From assembly GCA_030390025.1 (NCBI GenBank), contig CM059431.1, positions 106,208,001 to 106,272,000 of the forward strand: a DNA stretch of 64,000 nucleotides, given 5' to 3'. The DNA comes from Squalus acanthias. Lineage: Eukaryota. A program made the position numbers and the translations under genes. The notes under the pieces are model-generated. The model searched no databases. It was not told where the DNA came from and worked only from the letters and a program-made list of their open reading frames with translations. Shown in pieces: positions 49,057 to 62,209 of the stretch (its first letter is position 1; every line of letters starts with the position of its first letter).

Positions 49057-49229
49057 CTAATTTAAATGTGCAGTACCCCACAGTTGCTTCGATTCAATGG
49101 TAAAATACTTCCCCTCATTAGCTCTACTGTAAACCAGCATCGCCCACCCTCCCCCCACCCCACTTCTAAATCTAAACTAAGATTGTTCATTGAAAGATGT
49201 TGGCAAATGGAAAGATTTTCCAAATTTCG

Positions 49230-49410
49230 TACCAGACTTTGCTGGCAAAATAATGTTGAGTTTAATGGGGCTTGCCGTTAGTCAGTGTGGAAATAACCCA
49301 GCAATTTTTGGCGAGGGAGAGATGCGGCGTGAGTTGTGAATCGCCACAATTTGCTGGGCGATTTGCATTAGCCTCGTGAAAACGGCATCTCGCCCTCAAT
49401 CACTAGCTTT
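49230..49410. mobile_element. MITE fragment
   Basis: Collinear with 57634-57810, including the CCAGCAA/TTGCTGG hairpin. Confidence 0.55.
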
Positions 49411-50029
49411 TGTAGCTCGTCTGTTTTGGAGATGAGGAATTGAGTAGATAAGATCTGACTAAATCTGAGTCAGGAACAGCCATCTGCAAAAAAAAATATC
49501 ACTTCACAAATCCAGAGAGAGCTAAAATATTTGTGGATGTGGCCAGCACAAATTGTGAGTCATTTACCATTCCGGATTCTGTGGCGTTCTCTGTTTTCAG
49601 ATTTTTGCAGGCAAAAACATTTTTGAAAAAAAGAGAGGCAGTCAGAATAAATGTATTCTAACTGAAAATTCCAAACACAATAATAAAAGTAAAACATCAG
49701 GGGATTAGAGGCTTCATCTGGAATGATTTGATGTTTGGTTGCTGGTCTCCATTAGTAAACTACTCTTCGCTGCCACAACATCTGAAATGTGCATCCCGCA
49801 AACAACAAATTATTGATAGGTTAACAGCAAGCAGCTCCGTGTTCGTTTATTTAATTTGTCCCTTCCACTTGAGATTATTTTATCTGCCAGATCTCCACTC
49901 TGATAAAAGCCCCCTGGCCTGTCTTGTGGCAGAGATGGAGAATAGGTGGTCTTCACCCCTGGTGTCTATCAATCTTTATCTTCCACCACATTTTTGGGCC
50001 ACTGGAACCTGCTTTATGTTTCCAGTTTT

Positions 50030-50332
50030 CCCATGCTTCCAATTGTCTCCTGGCCGGCCTCCCATCTTCCTCCCTCTATAAACTTGAGCTCATCCAAAAC
50101 TCTGCTACCCATATCCTAACTTGCACCATGTCCCGTTCAACCATGCTTGCGGACTTGCATTGGCTCCCGGTCAGATAACGCCTCGATTTTAAAATTCTCA
50201 TCCTTGTTTTCAATGGACTCTCCCCTCCCTATCTCTGTAACCATCTCCAGCCCTACAACCCTCTGAGATCTCTGTGCTCCTCCAATTCTGGCCTCTTGCG
50301 CATCCCCAATTTTCGTTGCTCCACCATTCAAC
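50030..50332 (+). mobile_element. L2 fragment
   Basis: KLELIQNSATHILT..LADLHWLPV. Confidence 0.85.
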
Positions 50333-50345
50333 TAGACTCGACTTG

Positions 50346-50629
50346 AGTGTCAGATGTGGTTCAGTTGGTAGCACCCTCGCCTCTGAGTCTGAAGGTTGTG
50401 GGCTCAAGTACCACTCCAGAGACTTGAGCACAAAAATCTAAGCTGACACTCCAGTGCAGTACTGAGGGAGTGCTGCACTGTCAGAGGTGCCGTCTTTCGG
50501 ATGAGACTTCCCTCTTGGGGGCGCTAAAACTCCATTTCGCAGTTACCGGCGCTAATTAGTGCCGGGCGCTAAAGTTAGCGCCCAGGTGATGTTAGTGCCC
50601 CAAAATGGTAGATACCGAATATTTCCCCC
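50346..50629. mobile_element. SINE head (50346-50508) fused to a reversed MITE end
   Basis: tRNA-like head followed by the reverse of the 19585 family end, ATTTCCCCC|TTA. Confidence 0.7.
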
Positions 50630-50799
50630 TTAGAGTATTGGAGGGTACTTTCAGTTAATGGTATTTTTGTGATGGGTGAGCATGAGTTTTTTTGTCACAG
50701 TTAAAAAAAATTCAATTGGTGGCCCGTCAGTGAATTGATGAGGTGCTTCTACTCTGCCTGTTTAAAAGGTATATTGCAGTGGTTTAATGAAATATTAGG

Positions 50800-52221
50800 T
50801 TAGCAAATATAACACCGCTATTCAAGAAAGGAGGGAGAGAGAAAAGAAGGAACTACAGGCCAGTTAGCCTGACATCAGTCGTCGGGAAAATGCTGGAATC
50901 CGTTGTTGAGGAAGTGGTATCAGGGCACTTAGAAAATCATAACATGATCAGGCAGAGTCAACATGGTTTTATGAAAGGGAAATCGTGTGTGACAAATTTA
51001 TTAGAGTTTTTTGAGGATGTAACTAGCAGGGTAGAGAAAGGGGAACCAGTGGATGTAGTACATTTGGATTTCCAAAAGGCATTCGATAAGGTGCCACATA
51101 AAAGGTTATTACACAAGATAAGGGCTCATGGAGTTGGGAGTAATATAGTAGCATGGATAGAGGATTGGTTAATGGACAGAAAACAGAGAGTAGGAATAAA
51201 CGGGTCTTTTTCAGGTTGGCAGGCTGTAACTAGTGGGGTGCCGCAAGGATCAGTGCTGGGGCCTTAGCTATTCACAATCTATATTAATGACTTAGATGAA
51301 GGGACCGAGTGTAATGTATCCAAGTTTGCTGACGATACAAAGCTAGGTGGGACAGTAAGCTGTGAGGAGAACACAAAGAGTCTGCAAAGGGATATAGATA
51401 GACTAAGTGAGTGGGCAGTAAGGTGGCAGATGGAGTACAGTGTAGGGAAATGTGAGGCTATTTACTTTGGTAGGAAGACTAGAAAAACAGAATATTTTTT
51501 AAATGGTGAGAAACTTTTAAATGTTGGTGTTCAGAGAGATTTGGGTGGCCTCGTGCAAGAAACACAGAAAGCTAGCATGCAGGTACTGCAAGCAATAAGG
51601 AAGGCAAATGGCATGTTGGGGTATAAGAGTAATTGTACAGGGCCTTGGTGAGAACACACCTGGAGTACTATGCACAGTTTTGGTCTCCTTATCTAAGGAA
51701 GGATATACTTCCCTTGGAGGTGGTGCAATGAAGGTTCACCAGATTGATTCCTGGGACGAGAGGGCTGTCCTGTGATGAGAGATTGTGTAGATTGGGCCTC
51801 TACTCTCTGGAGTTTAGAAGCATGAAAGGTGATCTCATTGAAACATGCAAGATTCTGAAGGGGATTGACAGGGTAGATGCTGAGAGGTTGTTTCCCCTGG
51901 CTGGAGTGTCTAGAACTAGGGGGCATAGTCTCAGGATAAGGGGTAGGCCTTTCAAGACCGAGATGAGGAGGAATTTCTTCACTCAGAGGGTTGTGAATCT
52001 TTGGAATTCTCTGCCCCAGAGGGCTATGGATGCTGACTCTTTGAGTATATTCAAGGCTGAGATAGATAGATTTTTGGACTCTACAGGAATCAAGGGATAT
52101 GGGGATCGGGCAGGAAAGTGGAGTTGAGATTGATGATTAGCCATGATCTTATTGAATGGTGGAGCAGGCTCGAGGGGGCGTATGACCGATTCCTGCTCCT
52201 AATTCATATGTTCTTATGTTC
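50800..52221 (+). mobile_element. 5'-truncated CR1 LINE, degenerate RT
   Basis: RT motifs with in-frame stops and a deletion; 3' UTR and tail present. Confidence 0.95.
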
Positions 52222-53184
52222 GGTTGAATAACTTTTTCCTTGTATTATTGCATGCTATCAATTAGCTTCTAGGATCTTGTAGAACTATGTGACATAGATA
52301 GTGATTAAGTATAATGTTTTCTTTTTATGTTATTGTGACAAATTTTCGTTATTCTATGTTTTATATAATCTAATAAATGTCTCAGCCAAAAATATGTACT
52401 TTTTGTCTGTAAGCTGGCAGAGAGAAGTCATGACTGGTAAACTCTATATGTGTGGAAGGGCTGGTTCTGGTTAGAATTTGGAGCGGCCTGTCTCAGTGAG
52501 ATCAACTAGAAACAACTTTCAGCTAAGTTACCAGCAAAAGTGGAGTGGCACAATACAGTTTGGCTAACCTTGTGAGACAAGGTGAGGATGATGATACCTT
52601 AACACAATTAGAATTCACTTGACTAGCTATGCCAAAAGGCTTTTCTGTCTGACTAGATTCATTGAAAAAAAAATCAAATAGAAGCCTCTAGTTTTTTCAA
52701 AGCAGAATCTCTGGCTGAAAGATTACGTATTTCAACATTCAGTTGTGTAATGAATCAACCCATCTGTATGGCATACAGATATGGTCATCTCATTATTGCA
52801 AGATATTATCTGTAGTATCAAAAGGAAAATATGAAAACAGAATTTGAATCTTGGGTCAGTAAGACATCTCCCCAATTCTATTAAGATTGGAGAACCTGGA
52901 AGCATTGTTGCCTCTGATGGAATGTCTCCATTCTGCCCACAAGTGGTGAGTTGGGGCCCCAAACACCAGCAGCACAGCAAGAAAATGTAGGAAGTGCAGA
53001 CACAACCAGGAGATCAGAGTCTGAACTGAAATGCAGCCTGCATGGGGATGATGGACGTGTGTTTAGAAATTGCCCAGACTCTTACACAACTAGAATGCAT
53101 GGTATGAGAAAGAAGCATGAGCAGAGGCAGTAGGAAGTGGCGAAATATTGGATGACCATCCAATCATTATATACCTTCAGAAGG

Positions 53185-53420
53185 CGCTGGAAAAACTCAG
53201 CAGGCCAGACAACATCCGTGGAGAGAGAAACAGAGTTAACGTTTCAGGTCGAAGACCCTTCGTCAGAACTGAGAAAAAAGCAGGAAATGAAAGAGATGAA
53301 GTTGGAGGCTGGGGGAAGGAATAAAAGAACAAAAGGGGAGGTCTGTGAGGAGTAGAGACATTAAGAGATGCTCAAGGCGAGACGAGATGGTAATAGGACA
53401 GGTTAAGAAACAAAAGATGG
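53185..53420 (-). mobile_element. Penelope pLTR (type A)
   Basis: Near-identical to the arm of 12870-12968; older PLE-like sequence may continue rightwards. Confidence 0.8.
53234..53270 (-). ncRNA. Minimal hammerhead ribozyme motif
   Basis: agtt CTGACGA A GGGTC ttc GACCT GAAA C GTT aact: full core, helix I AGTT/AACT, palindrome AACGTT. Confidence 0.65.
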
Positions 53421-54398
53421 CTCAGAAGACAAGCAAGCTCCATGCCCAGTAGAAGGCCTGTTTAACTGAATTCTGAAGTAACCATGCCTTCCAAATTCTG
53501 AGCACAGCAGGGGAGGTCTCAACTGCAGGGGGGAATGCTTCTCGAGTATAGTGGGGTCTGCGATGGGACTGAGTAGCAGAAGGTGAGGTGAAATCAATTC
53601 AGGAGGATATGCTGGTGGATGAAAGGTACGAGGAACAGGAGGATGAGAAGTATAAAGTGGGTTGCCTATTAATGTGTAAGATGGGATGAAAAATGAGAAT
53701 CTACAGATAAGGTACAGGATAGCATAAAAGTGACAGGTGATAGTATAGCATTGCTTGATGAAGAATCTGTTTTCCCAGTGGCAGATAAGTCATTTTTAAA
53801 TATAATGACCGTGGGGAATAAGAGCTAGAGTTGGAGGTGGGAAAGGATATGGAAACTAGAATTGGGCTAATGGTGACAAAAGAAAATGTGTGAAAGAAGG
53901 AGGACCTGCAAGTTCTAGGATTCAGTTTATTTTCCTTTTTAATCCCATGAAGGTCTCTTCCATTTGTGTCGGGGAGCTACCTTCTTTACAGATCACCCGA
54001 TGCTACAAGCAGTGTTAGATATCCTTAACGTTATAGAAATAGGAAGAGGCAGTTGGAAATCGAACATATCGCTGCTGGAAGATAAAACTGTGTGGCATTT
54101 AAATGACGCTTCAAGGAATGGAAATCCTTGCAGATTTTCTTTGAGTCTAAAGGAGATTAGTGGGATGGCCAAGGAAACACCAAGGATTTATTTTAAATTG
54201 ATAGGTGACAGGAAAGCTCAGGATGTACAAGAGAGAAAAATTGGATAGATCTGAAATGCCTAGTTGAGCATTACAAAAATAGGCTTGACATTAAAAAAGA
54301 AATTACTCAAAAATAACGAAATCCAGACTGCTATTTCTAACCAACAAAGGGAAGTGATTTTTCAAACTAGAACTCAGTATCAAGAACCATGTAGTAGG

Positions 54399-55850
54399 GA
54401 CATAGGAACAGGAGGAGGCCATTCAGCCCCTCGAGCATGTTCCTCTATTCAATGAGATCATGGCTGATCAGTATCCTAACTCCATCCACCCGCCTTGGCT
54501 CCATATCCCTTAATAACCTTGGCTAGCAAAAATCTACCGATCTCACATTTAAAATTATTAATTGAGCTAGCATCTACTGCTTTTTTTGTGGGAGAGAGTT
54601 CCACACTTCTACCACCCTTTGCGTGAAGAAGTGTTTCCTAACTTCTCTCCTGAATGGCGTGACTATGATTTTAATGTTATGTTCCCTTGTCCTGGACTCC
54701 CCCACCAGCGGATAAAGTTTCTATCTACCCTGGCAATTCCTTTCAAAATCCTAAAAAACACAATCAAATCACCCCTTAACCTTGACACCCTAGTCCACTC
54801 CTCTATCACCCCCAACACTCCTTCCCCTTCACCCAGCACCTTCCCGTGCAAGCGCAGGAGATGCAACACATGCCCTTATACCTCCCCCCTTCCCACTGTC
54901 TAGGGCCCCAAACAACCCTTCCAGGTGAAACAGCGATTTACTTGTACTTCTTGCAATTTAGTATACTGTATTCGCTGCTCACGATGTGGTCTTCTCTACA
55001 TTGGGGAGACCAAACGCAGATTGGGTGACCGCTTTGCGGAACACCTCCGTTCAGTCCGTTAGGGGAACCCCGAGCTTCCGGTCGCCTGTCACTTTAATTC
55101 ACCGCTCTACTCCCACTCAGACCTCACCGTCCTCGGCCTCTTGCATTGTTCCACGGAAGCTCAGCGTAAGCTCGAGGAACAGCACCTCATCTTTCGATTA
55201 GGCACTTTACGGCCTTCTGGACTCAACATAGAGTTCAACAATTTCAGATCCTAACCTCAACCCCTATCATATATATATATATTTTTTATCCACACTCTTT
55301 GTCTGTCTTTTTTTCTTCTCCCCCACATGGCAGCTGTCTTTCATTCTGCCAGCGCAATTTACACTTCATCTAGAGCCATCCTTTGTTTCTTAACCTGTTC
55401 CATTACCATCTCTTTTTGCCTTGAATATCTCTTAATGTCTCTTAACCTCTTCCACCTTCTATTCTATCACAGACCTTCCCTTTTGTTCTTTCATCCCCTC
55501 TCCCCTTTACCAGCCTCTACACTTGCTTAAAAATCTGCTCCATTTCCTGCTTTTTTCCAGTTCTGACAAAAGGTCATCGACCTGAAACGTTAACTCTGTT
55601 TCTCTCTTCACAGATGCTGCCTGACCTGCTGAGTTTCTCCAGCATTTTCTGTTTTTATTTCAGATTTCCAGCATCTGCAGTATTTTCTTTTTGCACCCCT
55701 TAACCTTCTATATTCCAGGGAATATAAACCTAGTTTATGTAATGTCTCCTCATAATTTAACCCTTGGAGGTCTGGTAACATGCTGGTGAATCTGCGCTGC
55801 ACTCCTTCTAAGGCCAATATATCCTTCCTAAGGTGCAGGGCCCAGAACAG
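54399..55850 (-). mobile_element. CR1 3' end split by a Penelope insertion
   Basis: YSLEYRRLRG|DLIVFFRILKG rejoins across the insert. Confidence 0.85.
54784..55693 (+). mobile_element. 5'-truncated Penelope-like element (Cys-rich linker + GIY-YIG + pLTR)
   Basis: PCKRRRCNTC..LVYCIRCSRCGLLYIGETKRRLGDRFAEH..GLN with two stops; 14-bp TSD CACCCCTTAACCTT. Confidence 0.92.
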
Positions 55851-56397
55851 CTGAAGGAGGAATTGTTGGATCATGTATATTCCTTTTATAAAGATATTTG
55901 ACAATAGATTGTTCGAAACTTCTTAAAGAAATAACATCAGAGAAGAGTGAGGAAAGATTAATCCACGCTTCACTGACCTTCAGTTTTCTTTAAAGAGAAA
56001 TAGAGCTCAGCGAGCAAATGGGTTATCTATTGACTTTTATGCAACATATTGGAACATCTTAAGGTAAGATCTTTAGCAGATATGTTGAATGTTCTTGGGG
56101 ATATCCTTTTTGAGAGTAGTAGCAACATGGAGTTTGGAGGGAAAGCTGGATGTAAGAAATTGGTGATCTATTTTCGGTCAGTAATAGATTTACACCTGGG
56201 CAGTCAGCTGGGAGAATTAACTCATATTAATAGAGATGATTCGTTATGTTAATGACAGTGGCATCAGGAGAAGGCATATTAGGAGTCATGGCTGTGTGTT
56301 TGTAGACTGTTAGGGATATAATTTTGGTATTTTTTATCATTAGTTAAATATTAACAATTTAATAGGCAAGGTAATGATTAATGGGATCCTTTCATGT

Positions 56398-56870
56398 TAC
56401 AACAACAACTTGTATTTATATAGCGCCTTTAATGTAGTAAAACATCCCAAGGGTAGACCATTCAGGACTGAGATGAGAAGAAATTTCTTGAGGGTGGTGA
56501 ATCTTTGGAATTCTCTACCCCAGAGGGCTGTGGAGGCTCAGTCATTGGGTATATTCAAAACAGAAGTCGATAGATTTCTGACTGCTTAGGGCATCAAGGG
56601 ATATGGCGATAGGGCCAGTGAATGGGGTTGAGGCAGAAGATCAGCCATGATCTCATTGAATCGCGGAGCAGGCTCGAAGGGCCGAATGGCCTACTCCTGC
56701 TCCTATTTCTTCTGTTCTTAAGGCACTTCACAGGAGTATTATAAGACAAAAAATTTGACACTGAGCCATATAAGGAGAAATTAAGGCAGGTGACCAAAAT
56801 CTTGGTCAGAGGTATGTTTTAAGGAGCATCTTATAGGAGGAAAGAGAGGTAGTGAGGTGGAGAGGTTTAA
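56398..56870 (-). mobile_element. L2 3' end with nested plus-strand CR1 3' end (about 56451-56719)
   Basis: CCCAAGG|..|AAGGCACTTCAC; AAGG duplicated. Confidence 0.85.
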
Positions 56871-57552
56871 CTTTTTAGTAGGTCAGACATATGTCAGGGT
56901 TGCTTATTCTCCCCTCCTTTACATACTTTGCTTGGAACCCCTTCTGCAAACTCTTTCATCCATGAAATGCACCCAAGTTCATGTTATTCATGAATATAAA
57001 GAACATTGGAGCAGATGAGGCTCTAAAAGGTGAGGAATCTCATTGATAGAAGGCCTGCCTTTCTGATTCCTTCCAGGAGAGGGATTAACTGATTTACTTC
57101 TGATGTCTGAAGGGAATAATCGGCTGCTGATGATAATTCTGTAATGATTTTCCATTTCTTATAGGATGATTTTGTTGTTTTTCTGATATCTGGTGAGGAT
57201 TTCTTCACGGAAATTATAGTTGACATTCTTTTATGTATTGAATGTTTTTTTTCTGTTTTTAATGCAGAACACATAACAGGTGAAGTTTTATCTTCTTTTA
57301 TCCTTTTCTCTATCTCTTATTTGTATTTCTCTTGTGCTTTGTTTTTTCACAAATGATTTAAAAAAAGGTTGCCTATAACCCATTCTTGAAAGCTCTCTTG
57401 AATAATCCGCAACAACAGGACAAGATTTTCAGCATCGGTTCAAGATAGATAACAACAGCAAGCACAGTACATGATGTGTGTAAGTATGGCTGCTTCATGA
57501 CTTGAACCGTACTCAATTTAAGGTTCAATTCTACAAGAATCAAAAGGGCATG

Positions 57553-58270
57553 AGGGGGAGCGAATTTCAGCATTGGCGGGACATCAGGTGGATGGAGCAA
57601 ACGTGACACCCGCAGCGAGAGACCCGAGCTATTTGCCCAGAATTTGCTGCCAAAGTAACAGTGAATTTAGTGGCGTGCGCTGTTATTAGTGTGTAAATTG
57701 TCCAGCAACCTGTGGCGAGGCAGAGATACCCCGTGAGTTGAGAATCGACACAAGTTGCTGGACGATTTGCACCACTCCGCCGTTAGCCTCGCAAAAACGG
57801 CAGCGCGTCCTCTTACCTCCCCGCGAGGTGGCTGTGTTTGCCTACTAATTGCCCATTAAACTCACTGAGGTTCCAGATGTCCCGTTGCCCTTGTTTGCAC
57901 CTCCAGCAACTTCGAAGGCAAAAGCTTTGCGAGCTGAAGGGGGAGGGAAAAATTCCGACTCGCTGGGCACACCGTGAGATGCGCCACTCTGGAAAATTCT
58001 GAACCATTAGTATGAAACCGGTGAGCTTCCAGCACGGAATCAGTGCTCGCAGACGGTTCCTGATTGAAGAGGGAACACGCGAAATACGGCAGCTCCTCCA
58101 CTGAGCCTGGCCAGAAGCTGGAGGTTGGGTGGGTGGGTGGGGGTGAGACAGTTGCAGGGAGCAGCTTGAATGGGAACAGGTAGGAAGATGTTTTATGGGG
58201 CCAGGAGAAGCATTAGCTTGGCCATCTTTCTGAGCAACCTGCGGAGGTCCATTTAAGGACCGCTGGCTTG
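57553..58270. mobile_element. Cluster of degenerate MITE fragments
   Basis: GC-rich; GCCCAGAATTTGCTG end; inverted repeat AAATTGTCCAGCAAC / GTTGCTGGACGATTT. Confidence 0.5.
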
Positions 58271-59479
58271 GCCGTTCCATGCCTAGTGCCAATGGGCGGA
58301 GCGTACACCGTGCATGTTTCACCCACTGGTACCTTGAAATTGTGTCTGGATCCTATATATGTCATCGGACCTCAGTTTGAATACTGTAATGAAGCTCCCA
58401 CATGGTATACAACCTCTGGAAATCTGATTGCCCAACATGGTATATTGGAATTATTCCTACTATTGACCAGTAACAGTCACTGCATTAATGGTATCCGTCA
58501 TGGAGACACCTGAAGCCCAGGAAAACATTCTTCCAGTAAGTGCGTTGCAAAGCGGGAAGAGAAAATAGAAGAAATATTCACTTAATGGGAACATTAACAT
58601 GCTTGAATATCAGCAGATGAATGTTGACATTCAAATAATGGATGCTCTTCAAACATCATGAAGTATCACCTCTCAATATAGAATATTCTTGACCTAATAT
58701 ATTCTCCAGTTGTAAATACCAAGACCCATATTCTGACTTCTAATTATACACTGGCACTTCTCATCAGGGTTGTGCATTTTGCACTTGCAGTGCAGAGAAA
58801 AACTCCTTCTAATCAAATATCATAGCATGATCCGAAGCAGCTAAAACATAATTAATGTGCAGTGAATCACAGCACATTAAACTCCTGTGAACCCCAGAAT
58901 AATTTCCCTTGACACTGGCAGTTCACTGGACTTTCTGAACCTTGCAATATGACAGAAAGATCAGGGCTTGAGTAAGGCCAGGGAAAATTGGTTAAAAAGG
59001 CTTTCACTGTCTACACACAACACCAATCAGTAAAGATACAGTAGCTTTTTAAAGAAAAACCACTTCAGTCCATTTGATGTGATCAATGGAATGAAATGAG
59101 CCACAGCGACAGAACTAGGCCAAACTAACCTCATTTGATTATACCTAATGAATGAAATCTAACCATTCCACGGAGAACACTAAATAATGTCATCATATAT
59201 TGTCAGAACACTCTCCAACACAAAGGAAAGCATAAACAAATATAATTTAGAAAAATAAAACTTATGTGATACCTGCTATTAAAGTAAATAGACAATATCA
59301 CTGCTAATAAAGCCTGCCAATTCTACGAGATAGTTTGGACCAAGTAGAGTATGCCCAGCATTGATGTTGCTCTTTTTTTTTGCTTTACTTAGCCTCTTTA
59401 AGAAGGTAGAAACAAAAATAGAGCAAAATGAAATGAGATTTGTGAGAAGGTGCTGACCATTTCCAACACTGCTAATTTA

Positions 59480-59990
59480 GAGTACAAGGCAGAGGATGCT
59501 AAACCCATATCATGCTCTGGGCAGCCTGCACTTGCGGTACATTCTCCAGTTTTGCTCATGGAGGCCGAAAGGGAGACATTGAAACCTTGGAGGGGGTGCA
59601 GAGAAGGTCCATGAGGCTGAGCACTACTGTAAGCAGACTGATTTATGGGGAGAGACTGGAGAAAATGAGGTTCTTCAGCCTTTGAAAGAAAGGCGACCAA
59701 GATGAGATCGCATAGCGATACGCAACATTATAGACAAAGGAAGCCCTGAGCACTACTTCAAATTAAATCTTGACAGTACGGCAAAGAGTCATAGTTTAAA
59801 CTGGCCACAGTGATGTCAGGACGTAATTCTTTATGCAAAGAGTAATCCAAATGTAGGATGGAAACTTGGGTCGACCAGCACTGGCAAAATCTTGGAATCA
59901 TTTGAGAGGTGGATGGTGTGATGGGTGGATATTTCTAGGTGGTAAGCTAAGTTGAGCACAGCCTTCTTCATCTATTTTTATCCTGTGATG
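59480..59990 (+). mobile_element. Ancient CR1 3' end
   Basis: Degenerate LEGVQRR..YGERLEKMRFFSL. Confidence 0.6.
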
Positions 59991-60214
59991 TGCAGCGATG
60001 CTGAACTATTGCTTCACACCCTGCTTCAACTGAATGACAAATCAATTACAGTTCCACCTAGCCCTTTGAGGGCTTCAGCAGGTTCAGAGATCCATGGTTT
60101 AGTGCATTTGGCTGTGAACTAAGGCACCTGGATTAAAAATCCAGCCTCTGTAGCCATTTACAACTGGGTTTTTGCCCCAGAAATTGAGCTGTTGAATTTA
60201 GCCTGCTCAGCAGT

Positions 60215-60882
60215 TTACACAGGATTACATAGGATATAAGGCACAGAAACAGGCCATTCGGCCCAACCAGTCCATGCCGGCGTTTATGCTCGACATGAGC
60301 CTCCTCCCGTCTTTCCTCATCTAACTCTATCAGCATAACCCTCTATTCCCTTCTCCCTCATATGCTTGTCCAGCCTCCCCTTAAATGCATCTATACTATT
60401 CGCTTCAACCACTCCCTGTGGTAGCGAGTTCCACATTCTCACCACTCTCTGGGTAAAGAAGTTTCTTCTGAATTCCCTATTGGATTTCTTGGTGACTATC
60501 TTATATTGATGGCCTCCAGTTATGCTCTTCCCCTCAAGTGGAAACATTTTCTTTGTCTCCACTCTATCAAAATTTTTCATAATTTTAAAGACCTCTATTA
60601 GGTCACCCCTCAGCCTTCTTTTTTCAAGAGAAAAGAGACCCAGCCTGTTTATCCTTTCCTGATATGTATACCCTCGCATTTCTGGTATCATCCTTGTAAA
60701 TCTTCTCTGCACCCTCTCCAGTGCCTCTATCCTTTTTATAATATGATGACCAGAACTGTACGCAGTTCGATACAAGTTTAGCATGACTTCCCTACTTTTC
60801 AATTCTATCCCTCTTGAAATAAACCCTAGTGCTTGGTTTGCTTATTTTATGGCCTTGCTAACCTGTGTCACAACTTTTAGTT
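60215..60882 (-). mobile_element. CR1 3' end (second subfamily)
   Basis: 161-aa ORF ALERVQRRFTRMIP..MWNSLP. Confidence 0.92.
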
Positions 60883-61184
60883 ACACCGTGAGAGTGGATG
60901 CAAAGTTATGTGAAACAAGGAGGGAGGAACTTATGCGCCCTTTTGACAATATTCTGGTCTCTGAATAGGAAGAGTGGACAGTCCTTCCTCATAACTCTAA
61001 GTTCAGGAATCAACCTTGTAGCCCTCCTTCAGACTCCTTGCAATAACTCTACATCTTTCTTGTAATAAGGAGACCAAAACTGAACACAGTATCCAGATGC
61101 TGCCTCACCAAGGCCATATATAACTTCAACAGTACTCCCTTTATTTATAAACCATACCCTTACCTATACATCCCAACATTTTGG

Positions 61185-61440
61185 CCTAGAAATTCGTTGG
61201 CGCCGTGCCTGTTTTTCAGGTGCTAAACGGGCACTTATGTTTCCAATATGGTGAACAGGAAGCTTGCGCTCATTACGACCCGGAAGTGCGCTGCCCGCCA
61301 TATTGGTATAGGCAAAACACTCAGGCCCATGGCCTGCACCTGAAACAGGCATTAGGCCGTTTGCACATGCAAATAATGGGCCTAACACCTGTTTGAGGCC
61401 CCATGTGCAAAATTGGGTTGCCCGGAACGCAGCTGATGCA
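61185..61440. mobile_element. MITE fragment
   Basis: GGCCTAGAAATTCG end resembles the reversed right end of 19585-20212. Confidence 0.5.
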
Positions 61441-61969
61441 TCTCCCCAGAGTTTTGGCTTTCCTCTGTTTGATTTTGTAGTTCTCAATATCCTGTTCCTT
61501 CCTTGTACATTTCTGAATGCTATGTGACTTTTCTTTCTCCCTGTTGCCTTCCTGGACTTCTCTTTTCATCAATGTCAATCTTGCTCTCTTTTGTCCTCGA
61601 CTTGTTTCTGCCTCTGCAATAAAAACACGAATGCCTTAAAACATTCCTTTGCCTCCTTTCCTTTCAACAGCTCTTCTCATTGTATTCCTTTCGTACATTT
61701 CATCCACTCAAAGTTTGCTCTCCTGAAATCCAATCTGTTAACAGTTTTTTTTTATTATCTGTTCTGTTTTCATTTCAGCCTTAAAAGTAACAAATTTATG
61801 ATCACTGCACCCCCAAATGTTTCATTTCCTTAACTGCGTGCATGACTTGCTCTTCATTAATTAGGAGCAAATCCAATCTTGTCTTCGGGTTGTGGCTCCC
61901 CTCACCTTGCTGTTTAAGGAAAGATTCATGAAGTACTTCAATAAACTCCCTCATGAATACAGATTGTCA

Positions 61970-62130
61970 CCACTGTAAATCCCAGTCCATGGCAGGAAGA
62001 TTAAAATGCTCCATGATTACAACTGAGGCTCCAGCAGCAATCGTTTTTATGACCTCCCACAGCAGTGCATTCCCCTCAGCTTTCTGGGACAGCAACACAT
62101 AGATCATGACTGTTGAGAGCAAATAAAATG
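61970..62130 (-). pseudogene. Ancient CR1 endonuclease relic
   Basis: VVIMEHFNLPAMDW resembles the CR1 EN motif VIMGDFNLPDIDW. Confidence 0.45.
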
Positions 62131-62209
62131 TGAAACCCCACACGGAAGTCTTGGGCTGATTGGAGGAGGAAAGCCACCACCATGATAGTCTTGTGGGAGA
62201 CCTGAAAGG

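Noticed and set aside
57023..57274. 83-aa minus ORF and similar short ORFs in unique DNA (e.g. 34713-34982)
   Set aside because: No recognisable domain or convincing exon structure; lengths are within chance expectation.
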